64,000 nt of DNA from the human T2T-CHM13v2.0 reference genome, Homo sapiens. The notes beneath the pieces were generated by a model. It was given only the letters and a program-made list of their open reading frames with translations. It had not been told where the DNA came from and searched no databases. The stretch lies in the NCBI RefSeq assembly GCF_009914755.1, contig NC_060926.1, one strand, 5' to 3'. The position numbers were made by a program, and so were the translations under genes. This document shows, piece by piece, positions 1 through 14,057 of the stretch (positions are counted from its first letter, which is position 1; every line of letters begins with the position of its first letter).

Positions 1-112
1 GACTTGAAGGGCTCAAGGGACCTATAATGGATGGCAGGTCAATTCCTCTTAATGAACACAGCCTCAGGAACCTGTGTTTCTGAAGCACCTGTCAAGACCC
101 CCTCCTCCTGTT

Positions 113-310
113 CAAGGGTCTAAAACTCAAAAGCTTGCAGGGGCTAGACAGATAATATAAACAACTGAAGCTGTTTGAGTGGGAGCTGTTGAACTGGAAA
201 GGCCATGTTCAACTCCAGGTAAAGACCTAGGGTTGCCAGAACTCTTACTTTTTCAAGACAAATTGGAAATCCAGACTTTTATATAAAATCTCCTAATTTT
301 AAAATGTTGT
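113..310 (+). mobile_element. MER102-like hAT-Charlie DNA transposon remnant
   Basis: caagggtctaaaactcaaaagc...gttgccaga...tttttcaagacaaattggaaatccagactttt...aaaatgttg resembles the recalled MER102 consensus. Confidence 0.65.
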
Positions 311-314
311 TTAC

Positions 315-723
315 TGACATATTTTGGATGTTTATTCCCTCCAAATCTCATGTTGAAATGTGATTTCCAATGTTGGAGGAGGAGCCTAATGAGAGGTGTT
401 TTGGTCATGGGGGCAGATCCCTCATGAATGGCTTGGTGCCCTCCCTTCAGCAATGAGTGAATTCTTGCTCTATTAGTTCACATGAGAACCGATTGTTAAA
501 AAAAGGCTGGTACCTTCCCTTTCTCTCTCTTGCTCCTTCTCTTCCAAGTGACACACTGGCTCCCCTTGCCTTCCACCATGATTAAATGCTTCCTCAGGCC
601 TCACCAGAAGTGGACGCTGGTGCTATGCTTCATGTACAGCCTGCAAAGCCATGAGCCCTCTTTTATTTGTAAATTACCTAGTCTCAGGTGTTCCTTTATA
701 GCAACATAAAATGGACTAATACA
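315..723 (+). mobile_element. MaLR solo LTR, MSTB-like
   Basis: TG...CA ends; ccaaatctcatgttgaaatgtg, gcagatccctcatgaatggcttggtgcc, aaattacctagtctcaggt...atggactaataca. Confidence 0.85.
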
Positions 724-730
724 GTTATTA

Positions 731-1281
731 TGTTGGGGGTTGACAAGACCACCTCCATGTTTGGAGATCCACTAGAAGGACTCACAGAACTCAGCATTTG
801 TTTGTCACCACTTCTAAGTTTTAGTACAATGTGGTAGGGGTACACAGGCAGATCACAGGGGGAAAGACATAAGCAGAGCCTGGGGGAATCCATGCACAGC
901 CTTCCTTATGTTCACTCCCTCCTAGAGGGCTCACACACTGCCCACTTTTCCCCAAGCAGCAAAAATGCAGCAACATGTGTGTGATGTTTCAGCCCAACGA
1001 AGCCCATTAGATTCCTTGCCCAAGCTTTTTTATTGGGGGCTGGTCACTCTGCCAGCATGTACTGAAATTCCAGACTCCCAGGAGGAAAGCAGATGTCCAG
1101 CATAAACCCCATTGTGATAAGAATGTCACAGTGAGCCACTCTTACCAGTTACAGAATGTTTCACTTCCATGTGAGGAACTGTTTACCAGCCAGGTTTCAA
1201 GATGCCAGTCAAGGGCCACCCTTGCAAGTAGACCTTTCTAAGGAGAGCAGTTTCAGGCTTTCTATGTCAACTCTTTACACA
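731..1281 (-). mobile_element. ERVL-class LTR, MER77/MER68-like
   Basis: caagaccacc...actagaaggactcacagaactcagcat, aaattccagactcccaggaggaaagcag, gccagtcaagggccacccttgcaag...tctaaggagagcagtttcaggc. Confidence 0.75.
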
Positions 1282-1304
1282 GTTACTAAATAAAAAATTG
1301 TAAG

Positions 1305-1520
1305 CTTTTTATTAAGAAATATTTCCAACACATACACACAAAAAGAAAGCGCTATCATGAACCTCCATGTACCCATCACTTAGCCGTGTCAACGAACATG
1401 CACCTGCATTGACTCATCTGTGTCCCCATCTGCTTCCCTTGAATTATTTTGAAGCAAATTCCAGAAATTGTGTTCCATCTGTAATAGTTCGGCAGGTATC
1501 TCTAAATGATGAGGACTCTT
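1305..1520 (-). mobile_element. old L1 (L1MC/L1ME-type) 3' end fragment
   Basis: atgaacctccatgtacccatcac...attattttgaagcaaattccaga...tatctctaaatgatgaggactcttt. Confidence 0.6.
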
Positions 1521-2034
1521 TACAAACGATTTGGAGTGCATGCTGTCAGAATGTAACCTCTGCCCTAGCCCCATGTCAGGAATCATTTCCAAATGACAAT
1601 TCTCATTCCCTGGCTACTCTGTCAGACTTTTCTCCTGCCATCAATTCCTTAAAGACTTGAGCCTGAGGGGAAAGTGAGAGAGCACATTTTCTGGAGCAGC
1701 CCTGTGCTCCAGGTGATCAGGGATGGACAGCCTGGCACTAGGTGCCTGCAAGATGTTTGCTTTACCAGGATGATACTAGTGGCTGTTGGAGTGACTGATA
1801 TGGGTTTCTTTGGCTTGATCATAAGCTGCTGGAGGGCAATTATTGTACCTGCTTTTATTTAGCTGTCTTCAGTGGGGCCCAAAAGAGGCTCCATGTTTAC
1901 AGAACCCAGAAAACAAGTGACATCTGGGCCTCAGCAGAGGGACAGAGAACCGGAGGTGAGAGCAGCCACTTCCTGTGAACTAAGCTTTTCTTTCTGAATA
2001 TTGCTGCCATTTGTGCCAAGAGATACAGCAAACA

Positions 2035-2600
2035 GAGAGGTGAGCACTGGACAGGAAGTCAGTGCTCACCTGACTAGATAAGTGTCCTTGGCCCAATCAC
2101 TTCATTTCTCCAGCCTTAGTTTTCTCAGTCGTAAAGGTATGGGGTCAGTCATTCCTTCACTCACTCTACAAGCATTTATCATATGTTAGCTTCTGTGCTA
2201 GGTACTGTGGATATGAAGATTTAAAAAAATTTTAAAGTTCCTGCCCTCAAGAAGCTTACATTCCAGTGTAGGAAAGATATGCAGACACACACAGATAAAT
2301 ATATCAAGAATCCGACGTGATAAGTTATGTAAGAAATGCAGTGTTTTAAGACTTAGGTATTCATTACCTACTGAGCTCCCACTATGTATCAGCCCTGACT
2401 ATAAACACATTGTGCCTACCCAAGCCTCACAATGAACTTGCAAGGGAGATATTACTATTCCTGCCCTTTCTGGCCCTTTCCCCACACCAATTTTGGATGA
2501 GACAGTTGAATCTTGGAGAAGTTCAATAAACTTCCTGAGGTCACATGGCTAGTAAGAGTCTAAACTCCCATTTCGCACCCAGATTTTTCTATCAGACCCC
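2035..2600. mobile_element. MIR (+, ~2035-2145), L2 3' end (-, ~2147-2340) and MIR (-, ~2360-2600) cluster
   Basis: MIR core ccttggcccaatcacttcatttctccagccttagttttctc; L2 tail cattccttcactcactctacaagcatttat...cctgccctcaagaagcttacattccag; reverse MIR aacttcctgaggtcacatggctagtaag. Confidence 0.65.
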
Positions 2601-2704
2601 TTGGTATTTGGTGGTACCTTCCCTGGAGGGATGAACCTGGATGCCCTGTTGACTTCAACAACCTGTGATTCTGACTCTTTGTATGTTAGATATGAGTTAG
2701 GAAG

Positions 2705-3173
2705 TGTCTTGGGTTGGGTTCCCAAGAGGCAGACCCTGAGATTTGATTGTTAGTGATCGGTTAAGGAAATGCTCCCAGGAGAAACTGGGAAGGGAGTTTT
2801 GGGAAGCAGGACAGGGAAGGGGAAGAAATTTAGCAAGGGTATGATTTCAGAAAATTCTGCAAAGGGTAGCTGCAGCCTGATCCCACAGGGGACATCTGGA
2901 GCATATTGGACCTCAAAGTCATACCAAACAGAGGCCAGGGTTCTGGGCTTTCAGTCTCTGCACCTGTCAGTCACTGGCTAAAGGCTGCCCCCAAGGGGAC
3001 ATTTTCAGCTCTCTGGGTGCTCAGGCAGTGTGGCTCTGGTACCCAGGATAGTCCTCTGAAGAAAAGCCATAGGTACAGGAAGTTAGAAAAGTACACTGAA
3101 GCTCAGGAAAAGGGTGCACAGAAAAAGGGGGTACAAGAGGATCTAGGCAGAGCTACTCACAGTGTCCAGTACA
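2705..3173 (-). mobile_element. ERVL LTR, LTR33-like
   Basis: tgtcttgggttgggttcccaagaggcagaccctgaga terminus; ends agtgtccagtaca. Confidence 0.65.
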
Positions 3174-3771
3174 AAGGGAGAAGGAGGCTTCTTGGGCCAT
3201 CAAAGCACACAAGATAGTTATTGCAAATATGGAGAAGGTTTGACATTGTCTCACTTTTCTCTTGCTTTCTCAACATTCAACTCTTCTGCAGGATTTCTAA
3301 GAGGTATGGGTGGCCTCAAAAACACCTATGGAGAAATGAAATGAGGAATTTTGGGCTTTCTTCTTGGCTGGTTGGAGTCTTCAAAGGAACCCTGGGCTGA
3401 GAGTTCTGGGTCCAGTGCTAGCTGTCACTCTGGCTGTGTGTGTGACCCTGAACAGACCACATTATGCCTCCCATCTCACCAGTCGGGATAATAATCCTGT
3501 CTATCCTTTCCCAGGCATGCAGTGAGGGAAAAATGAGGTCACAGATGAAAGAATGCTCTGGGAAGTAAAAAGGATTAAATGAGGACAAAGTGTTGTCTTA
3601 ATGATATGACAACTGGGCTGTGAAGGGAAACATATAAATGCCAGGTGTTTATTATCTCAACTAGCATTCGTATTAGTGTTATTATTTGTACCAACTGTAA
3701 GCCTGATTGTCAATGATGGAGAAGTCTCACCACCCCAGTATGTGAGACCTCAGGGGTTAAGAACTGCAAGG

Positions 3772-4529
<758 letters not shown>

Positions 4530-5124
4530 TAAAAACACTCATAGCACTCACAGAAATGCTGTTATACTCCTGGTTGCAGTCTATTACAGGGAATGGGCAC
4601 AGTTTAAAGCCAGCCAAAGGAATACACGCATAGGGCAGGCTCTAGAAGGGATACAAATGCGAAGCTGTCTTGTCTTCAGGACATTCTCCCAGCATCCATG
4701 TGGCGATTCACAGAGTATTGACAACTTGGGAAGATGACCCCTGCCTCAGTGTCCAGAGTATTTGTTAAGGTTTCATGATACAAGTGTGAATGACTATATG
4801 CCTTTGTGGTTGAACTAAATCTCCAGCCCTCCTTCCCCAGATGTCCGGCTGATATCATATGGCCCAAGGAACACATGAGTCACTTCATTAGCAGAAACTA
4901 TCCGGTGTGATCCAAGGGGTCCCCTTGAATAGCAAAGAGTTTATGGGTTACCTCCTAGGAGCTAGGGACATAGCCAGATCTCTCACTGGGCAAATCCAAA
5001 TTCTTTCTTACACACCTCCACTCCCTCTAAGTTATCTTTCCAGACATAGCTCCAGTTCTTCCTTCCAGGGCTTTATTAGCCTCTCTTTTCTCTAATCTTC
5101 CATGGCACTGATTGTTGCTAATAC

Positions 5125-5810
5125 ACAGAGAGGAATGGTTGTTAAGTTGAGTTGTTAAGTTGTTAAGTTGCTCTAGCCTTTGGGCAGATACTTGGGTTCA
5201 AGTTCAAACTATGTTACTTCCCAGGCTGTGTGACCTTGGGCAAATTACTTAACCTTTCAGAGTCTCCATGAATGTTAGTTATTATTTTTATTTTTCTAAT
5301 TAATCACATGCTGTTTACAACTTACTTGGTATTTGTATGATGGATTGACCCTTATTTTGTACTATTGTTTAAACCTCTTTAGGTCTTAATTTCTATGTTG
5401 CAATCTCTTTGAGTGAAGGGATTTTAGCACATTTTAAGGCTGAGACTAAGGCATTGAGGATACAGAGATGAACACTTTCATCCTCCAGGAGCTTTTGATT
5501 TTCTGGGGGAAGGAAGGAGACAGGTGGACGGTTAATTACAGTGCAGTGTGATTTGTACTGAGACAGAGGTAAACAGAAAGTACTTTGGGATCAAGGAGGA
5601 AGACTGGGGAGGATTGGTGGGAGAGGAAGGTCAGAAAGTCTCCCTGAAGGAGGTCACACTTAAGCTGGACTCTTATTATATTATTGGGCTTCTCAAGTCT
5701 TGGTGTGTTTTATAAGCATTTTGGGAGCTTGTTAAAATTATAGAAATTAGGGCCCAGCCCAACCTACTGACTCAGAGTGTACTCAGAGGGATGGGGCCCA
5801 GTCATCTGTT
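5125..5810. mobile_element. MIR (+, ~5125-5270), L2 (-, ~5430-5670) and MER5-like (~5685-5810) fragments
   Basis: gctgtgtgaccttgggcaaattacttaacct; gtctccctgaaggaggtcacacttaagctgg; gagcttgttaaaatt...acctactgactcaga...ggggccca. Confidence 0.65.
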
Positions 5811-6354
5811 TTCATGTTGTTTGGTTGTTTGTTTTGAATTTGCCTGACTCTTGTAGGTACTTGTGTTTTCAAGGTCAGTAAGGAATGGCAAACTTTGTTT
5901 TGATACTTGTTAGAAAATAAACTACTGACTTTAGCGAGCTCATTTCATTATTAAAATCGGCAACATTTGGGAGGTTTAAATGAGGAGTCCAATTTGGGAA
6001 AGGGTTTTTGGCAAATGGTGAGAAAGATTAGTGACCACAAGGCTTCACAATCTGACTTTAGAATGTCAAGGAGGAAAGGGTTGTTAGGGATTGTCTGGCA
6101 CAACATTGTGTAAACTCTGTTCTGTGGAGTCCTGTGGGGTCCCATGGAGCTGCCTTAAGGGTTACCTAGCTGTGTGGGGTAGAATTTTAGACCTCTTTCA
6201 TAGCCCATGGCCCCTTTCAACCAGAGGAACTCTGCTGCTTTTGGCTTTATTTGTTGTCCTTCTTGGGATTGTTTTCTTTTGCAGAAAATGTTCTGAGACT
6301 AAAAGAACAACTTGATAGCCGCTGATCTTATTGAACACCTTCATGTTGCAAATG

Positions 6355-6505
6355 GAGACAGTGGGACTCAGCAGGAAGTCTCTTGCCCAATAGACACAGA
6401 GAGACTCAGTGGGAAGTCTCTCACCCAGTGGACACAGGGAGACTCAGTGGGAAATGTCTCACACAGTGGACACAGGGAGACTCAACAGGCAGTGTCTCAC
6501 CCAAG
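6355..6505. repeat. 38-bp minisatellite, ~4 copies
   Basis: gacacag recurs at 6393, 6431, 6469; unit gacacagggagactcagtgggaagtctctcacccagtg. Confidence 0.92.
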
Positions 6506-8144
6506 TTGTTCAACTCCTGCTGCCTCAGTGTGTGCTGGAACTTGGGTCTGACGCCCATGTGTTGCTCTCGCTGCAGTGCTGTCCAGTCTCTCAGCTGCAT
6601 CGGGAGTGACCCGGCATAGGTGCTGCTCAGCATTGCAGACGTGATGTGTGTAAAGGCAGGAAAGACGCCTGGTCTGAATATGCTCCTGAGCCACTGCATC
6701 CTCAACCTGATAGGCCAAACTCACAAAATCTTATATATTTGCTTCCTGGAGAAAAGTCCTTAGAATCGTTTCATGGTTGCCTTCCTGTAGGGACAGGGCA
6801 TGTAACAGAGGTTCCTGAAGCATCACAGGAGCCCAAGCTAATTCAGGAGGGAAGTCTCTCAGGTACTTCAGTGCATCTTGCTGGAATGCTGGGTTGACAG
6901 CTAAAATGACCTACAAATGGCTATGAGATACTAATGAAGTTGACAAGCATTTGGGCCTTAAAACACCTGCTCAGGTGACGTGGGCCCTGGGGCCATGGAG
7001 GGTGGGTGGTAATTTGTTAAGTTTTTAATCATGTTATGCAGTGGCTGTTGTTTTAAAGAAATGGGGCTAAAAATTAGCAGTCCTAGGACGTGAGTGAGTC
7101 TGGCTTGGCTCTTCCTCACCTCCCAACCTGGAACAAGTCTCCTGAGCTCTGTGAGGTGAGCTCTATAGTGAGCTCCACAAGGCAAGGACTAAGTTTTAAT
7201 CATAGCATCCGGCACAGTGCCCAGCAAGTTAAGTGTTCAAAGTCTTGAGTAAACAGGGTTTAGGGGTACCTTTGGGCCACTGCTCAGTATGGGAATAACC
7301 CCCTGCTTTGCTCCTTCTTGAACTGCCTCTCCCAGTCACTGGAACTCCCCTTTCTCTCCTCTTACCCCCTCACTGAAAATACACCTTCTCGCTCACCTTT
7401 TCAGCCTTCCTCTTCTCCCTACTGAGGATGTGATTGTTTTGTGAATGAAAAAAGTATGGGTTATGGGGGAGAGCGAAGGGCTGCCTGGATTCTATCCAGT
7501 TATACATGCTGCTGCTGGGAAGAACACGATGCGTGTGTCCTGCATGTTCACCAATGTGCTGTGCCTGGACAAAGGTGCATAAGCTCCAGCCCGAGGGCCA
7601 TGTAATACTTGACAAACAGACCCTCAACACCTCTGGTATGCTAAACACCTTGGGGCAATGGATAGAGAAATGTGATACCTTTTCCTCCAAAGGAACACAG
7701 GCACTAGAAGAGCTATTCTATCATAGAGACAACAGTATAAGAAGTGCCATGTGGTGGAACATGAGTCATTAGGCATACAGAGGGTGGCCTGACTGTCTGA
7801 GACCACATCCTGAAAGAGAAGTGTCCTCTTTTTGGTTAGGTTGGCAGTGGAACTGCAGCTTCCCAGGGCTACTATGTACCATGGAGCAGGTCGTTCACTG
7901 GACATGCTGTCCAGCTGGGGGATAATGAATGCTGTAATCTAGCCCATGCTCCTTCTGGAGAGTTATGCACTCTAGCAGGGCTGCACAGGTCACTGTGGGC
8001 TCACAAGACATTAGCTGTCAGCCACAGTATGTGTGCCACCTTCTGCAGAATTGAGAGGCAGAGCTGGGCTCTCTGGCCTTTCATCCTCTACCCCTCACTC
8101 CTGGGCAAGTATCAGGGGCAACAGACCCTCATGTTTCCATGTAG

Positions 8145-8330
8145 GGTGGCTCTAAAATATGTTTGGGTCATGAATCCCTTCAAGAATCTGATGAAGGCTT
8201 TTAACCTTCCCCATCACCCACAAAGGCACATTCCCACATTAGCTTGCATGAAATGGCAAGATAATTTATTTATCTGAAGTCCATCAATAGAGTCTTTTCC
8301 AGAGATTACTCCCTATGGTCAAAGACCTTG
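8145..8330. mobile_element. old hAT-Charlie-type MITE fragment
   Basis: tttgggtcatgaatcccttcaagaatctgatgaaggct resembles a recalled Charlie-derived MER. Confidence 0.45.
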
Positions 8331-9039
8331 GTACTAAAGTAGTAGTGGTCTTCTGCTCTGACTCATGTGAGAGGAATGAATCACCTGACTAATGGAGGAT
8401 TCCCACTGATCAGTGTTTCTTGTTGAGTGGAGCTAATTTATTGAAAGGCTGGAGCAATGGGCATTTGACCTCTTCCTTCTCTTTGCACACTGGGCAGTCT
8501 GAGGTAGCCATCGTGGGTGTGGATGTGTGTCTTTGGCAATTCCAAGCTCTCCCTCTGGTTGGCTGTTCCTCAAAACACAAGAGGTGGGAAGTAGAGTGGG
8601 CAGGGAGGCTTATCAAGCCATTTTATGCAAAGATCTAGAATCAGGCTTTCCAAGTGACTTCATGGGTGGTCACCTGTGCTTGGGGAAGGCAGGAAGAGTA
8701 ATGGAAAGGAGCACATAGACACAGTATTGCCAGTGTTAGTTCTTGCATGGGTGGTGAGTTTGCAATAAACACAAATAAATGAAAACAGAAAGAGGTCATA
8801 CATGGACCAATTCTGAAATTGTGACATAAACCAAAGATCATGATTAACTGAGTTCCATGCATTGAGGCTGGACAAGAGGCAGGGTCTAGGTCATGGAGAG
8901 TCCCTAGGGATGTGCTAAGGAACATGGCCTTTGTGGTGGGCTATGAGGAATCCGACTCCAAGGTTGCCAGCTTGAATGAAAGGGTGGATTTTAAGGCTAC
9001 CAACTGAGATATGAGAATAAGAGGAGAGGCCAGATTCAT

Positions 9040-9300
9040 TATAACAGCTAACATTTATTGAGCACCAACTATGTGCCAAACATGTAGTTGAGTGCTAACA
9101 CCTCAACAGGGATAACTATATTTAATTTTCATAGGAATGCTTTGCTATGTTTTTGTTATTTTACGGATAGTAAAACTGAGGCTTTGAAAAGTGAAGCCGC
9201 TTTGAAAAGTGAAGCCGCTTTGAAAAGTGAAGCCACTTTGAAAAGTTAAGTCACTTGTCCAAAGTCGCAAAAAATACACATGGTTGTGGTGGCTTTGAAC
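9040..9300 (-). mobile_element. MIR containing an 18-bp tandem expansion
   Basis: ataacagctaacatttattgagcaccaactatgtgcca...aaactgaggct...ttaagtcacttgtccaaagtc. Confidence 0.8.
9181..9252. repeat. 18-bp tandem repeat x4 (gctttgaaaagtgaagcc)
   Basis: direct reading. Confidence 0.93.
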
Positions 9301-10007
9301 TGTGTTAGTGTGGCTAGGCTAAGATAATTTCTCAAAACTCCCTTTCTTGTGTGTTTTTGGTTGTCATGGGCCACGGAGTGATTCCTGTGGGAGACTTGGA
9401 GGGCAGAGGTGAGGCAGTCACTGCTTTGCAGCTCCCATGCATGGACATGGCTCTCCTGGTGCTGCTAATCTGCCGGCTTGCCTCGTTGGTGTGAGGCAGC
9501 AGTTGGATCTGCTTCACCTTTTCCCTGAATCCTCCTTCAGCTTTCCCAACTCCTGGGCCAGGTGTGTGTTTAAGTCCGAAACAAAGATTCTGGCTTCTTC
9601 AGGAGACCCACATTACAAGGGTCAGAGGCAAAAGGACTGACCTGGGTCTTAGTCCATCTTCATGGGCCCTAGCTTGTACTCGTAGGGCCTAGCTGGCTCT
9701 TGCTCTCCAACGTCCCTTCCCAACGGTCTGCCCTGCACATTTAAAGCTCCAACACGTGATGCAAAGACACGTCTTACAGAGACCAGCTCCCACAATTGTG
9801 TAAGGTCAAATCCTTACAAAAAAAAGTTCCTTTATATATCCAAATTATCTATATCGAATCTGCATCTATGTATGTATCTGTATCTATATTTATCTATACC
9901 TATATCTATACCCACATCTATATCTGTATCTATATCTATAATGTGTTTCACACACATACTTGAAGTATACACACAAACATATACGTATATGTCTGTCTGT
10001 CTATCTG

Positions 10008-10049
<42 letters not shown>

Positions 10050-10096
10050 CATCCATCCCTTAGTGGCTGTGCTTCTGTGAGTGAACCCTGACTGAT
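9301..10096 (+). mobile_element. ERVL LTR, MLT2E/MLT2F-like
   Basis: tggctaggcta...ttggagggcagaggtgaggcag start; cccacaattgtgtaaggtcaaatcc and tgaaccctgactgat end. Confidence 0.65.
9992..10055. repeat. compound tetranucleotide STR [TCTG]2 TCTA TCTG [TCTA]10 [TCCA]2
   Basis: direct reading. Confidence 0.93.
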
Positions 10097-11050
10097 GACT
10101 GATGCTGATGCAGTGCTGTAACAAAGATCTGATCTCAGGCTGTTTCACCGCAGGACCTGCACACTTTAGTACTCAGATCACACAGCAGTCAGGTGGGGGT
10201 CCACTTTAGACAGGCTGAAACTGAGGTGCCTATGGGATGTTTGGGTGGCTGAGTCACAGGCAGTTGAAGATATCAGAGAAGCCTCATGCACAGTGGATGA
10301 TCAGAGAAGGGGAAATGTGGGCAGGCTGGAATTGGAAACAAGTTTTATGGTGGTAGACTTGATTTAAGTCTCAAAGGCTGGTAGGAGCTGGTTAAATGGA
10401 TGGGGGTGAGGGAGAGCAATGTCAATGGGGAAATAGCATGAGAAAAGCCTACAGCAGGAATAGGCAGCCAGAATGGCCTACAGCAATCAGCCCAAATGGC
10501 CTAGGAGGGGCCTATTGATTATATGGCCATTGCTATCTGTTCAGTTCTGGGAATTATATCTCCCCAAGGATATGCTGGGCTCTGGGTGTTGCGTATTGCA
10601 CCTGTTAAGTTTCTAGTTTGAGTAAGTTCAATTTGTCTCAAACATTTTGTGAGCACCTACTATATGGCAGCATTGCATTGAACATAAATATGAATAAAAC
10701 ATGAACTATATCCTGGAGAAATTTGTGTTCAGGTTACAGATATTCAACACATTTCAGTGAAATTGGATTGAATGGAAATCTTGAGCCAATAGTAGGGCTA
10801 ACTCTGGACTTCTGATTCCATTTTGGGGTTAATTGCTTGGACACAATGATAAAATAGGTCAGTCTACCCATCCACCCATACCTCCATCCATTCACCCAAA
10901 GCTAGCTTGTTTTCCCTACCTATTGATCTATCATTCGTCTATCTCTACTTATCAATCATCTATTACCTCTTGTTTTATTAAATGGAAGGCAGAATTTGAG
11001 CAGTCTGCAAAATTAGCCATATATAAAATGACAATTAAAAGATAAAAACA

Positions 11051-11422
<372 letters not shown>

Positions 11423-13321
11423 TTATTGCAATAACCAGTTACTGTAGCTGAGTGTTGCATTTAATGCTGAGTTTATTAGAAATGAAGGCAAAAAGAAAAA
11501 AAAAAAAAGATGCACACTGGGTTACCCAGTCCATAACAATTGAAGAGAAAAGGAATACAAGTTGGAAGAGATGGACATTCCCCGGCATTGTGTAGAAAGA
11601 AGATTTATTGTGTCAGGACTAAGTCAGGAGACCAGTTAGCATAATGGACGCAGTCTTCACTGCACTTCTGCAAAGGCAAAGGAATGCTCCTCAAATGTTT
11701 CTCCTATCGATCCTCTATAAAGGCCAAGGGAATAACATTAAACCTTATTTCAGCTCAGGCTTTTCTGTGGCAAACTAAGATAATAACGTCCAGCCACATT
11801 AAATTCAGATGATCAGGCTCAGAACAGGGAGAGAGCCCAGAGCACTTAGAGGAAGGGCTGGTTAGCTGGCTATTAGGCTCTATCTTTCAAATTTCAGTTG
11901 TCTCCAGAGAGTCTTTGGGTCAGGGGACTTTAATCTCCATACAAGGAAGATCTCTCCAACTCAAAAATACATTGTTATCAATTCACAACTTGTTCTATTC
12001 CAGGAGTAAGAGACCTGTAGACTTGGTCACCTTGCCCTCTGTCCATTTCTAAAGCAAGGAGCTAAAACACTGCATCAGGATCCTTCAGCTTAAAAAGAAT
12101 TCACATGATGACCTCCTTCCCTTGAACACAGAATGACTTGTGAGCCCTTTGGAGAACAGTGCCTCCAGTTACCACGTCCAAGGCTGACACATTTCCTCAC
12201 CACCGTGGCTTGCTCTCAGTGGGGCTGGCCCAGGGCATGGCCAGTTTCCAGGTTGGCATCCACCTCATTCTAGTTGGCCGCTCCACTGTGTCAGTGTGTC
12301 AGAGCATCAGCTGGAGTGGTTCCCAGAATTCATCCCGTGCTCACAGCAAAACCTTGAAGACTTAGGTCAGCCCTGAAGGCCAGCTGGGATTGTGAATGTT
12401 GAAGCCAGCGTCCCCAGTGTGAAGGTCCAGCATTCCATGAGGATTCATTGAGCACATGTTGGGTAAAGCATCTCGAGGTGCTTCAGTGTGTTGTGAAGAG
12501 GGGAATTGGAAAGAGGAGGAGCATGAAGGATGCAAAGGAAATAAATGGGATGGACCTGGACTTTTAGGATTATTCAGAGGGTTTAGAGAAAGGATGGATA
12601 ATATCTGAAATGATACAACTCAATAAAAAGACGCCCCAGTTACCAGTTACCATGGCTGAGAGGCGTGCCTCAGGTTACATACGTGGCTTTGGAAAAATCA
12701 TAGAACCCCTCTGCTCTCAGGTTGCTCATCTTTGTAAAGAAGGAAAAGTAATAAATCTGCAGCTTTACTGAATTGAGGTGAGAGAACAAGAAAGATCACA
12801 GTATAAAAATGCACTGAGAAAGTAAAAAAGGGCTACGTAGAAATGTAAGTTGATGTGATGGTTAATATAATAATTATTGATTTTTAAATATCATCTGTGA
12901 AATCAATCTGCTTTGGTGTCCACAGTTACCAGTGTCAATAATGCCAGGCTTACCATGGAAGTCCACTCCAAGTGATGCAAGCATTTCCTATCTTTCCTCC
13001 TCAGCAGGCTCCATCAGCCAATGCTGTCTTCCATTGTCCTTCCCTTTGTGCCTCTCTAGACTTTCATACATGATTTGTCAGACACCCACACTTAAGCACA
13101 CACCACACAAGTCATCTGACCCCCTGCTTCTCTCTAGGTAGCTTGCTACTGCTTCCATGTGTATTAGAGGTCAAAGCTCCTTCCTTCCATTCTCCTGCCC
13201 CATAGACACTGCCCAGCTCCCTGCTGCTGCCAGAGAAATCCTACTTGTCCAGCTCCGCTCAGCTCTCTTTTCCATTTCAGTAGACAAGATATTCTCTTTT
13301 ACATGCACCACTTAAAGGAAC

Positions 13322-13550
13322 ATATAATAATATGCTATAACCATAGTATATCATATATAGTATATAACATAATATACTATATTATATAATATAACATGTG
13401 TGTTATATATATAATCATGTATAATATACTATATACCATATATTATTCTATATCTGTATTATATGTCCTATGTATAAATATATAATACTACATACTATAT
13501 TACACATATAGCATGTATATCACTATATATTATAAATTATACAGTATAAT
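13322..13550. repeat. TA-rich low-complexity tract
   Basis: degenerate (TA)/(TATAA) sequence. Confidence 0.85.
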
Positions 13551-13554
13551 TTCT

Positions 13555-13730
13555 TATTCAGTTTTCAGAAAGAACTCACTGAGGTATGTACTGTTGTCAT
13601 CTCTGTTTTATACAGGTGAAGATACTGAGAGTCAGAGTGGTTTGGATAATTTGCCCAAAGCCATTTAGCTAGTTGTGTGTGAGCCGTAATTCTGACCTGG
13701 ACACTCCTCTTTTAGCTACTGTTCTTTACT
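13555..13730 (-). mobile_element. MIR
   Basis: ttttatacaggtgaagatactgagagtcagagtggtttggataatttgcccaaagcc. Confidence 0.75.
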
Positions 13731-13897
13731 GTTTCCCACTGATTCTTGCATTCTCTAACAATAGATTATGATTTTCTTTATTGCTAATGCTGTTATTTGG
13801 TGGTGGGATGGTTGTGCCAAGGGATGTGTGTGCGTGTGTGTGTGTGAATGTGCCTGTGTACATGTGATGACTTTTCAATTTGATTGTCAGTTTCTTG

Positions 13898-14057
13898 AGT
13901 CCGTTCCTGCCCTAGAACCTTCCCTGTCACATGCTGAATAAGGCACAAGCTCACACTCCAGAAACTAAGCCTTTCCCCAGAGAGGCCCTAAACTTCCTTT
14001 CAGTCCTTCTTTGTGCTTTCTCTCCAGTGACCCAAACTAAACCCTTGACTCATTTAA
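13898..14057 (+). repeat. copy 1 of ~160-bp dispersed direct repeat
   Basis: aligns by eye to 14909-15067 at roughly 90% identity. Confidence 0.95.

Noticed and set aside
6355-6505. Palindrome-containing ~38-bp repeats resembling a CRISPR array
   Set aside because: The units are contiguous with no unique spacers, there are no cas genes, and the context is mammalian.
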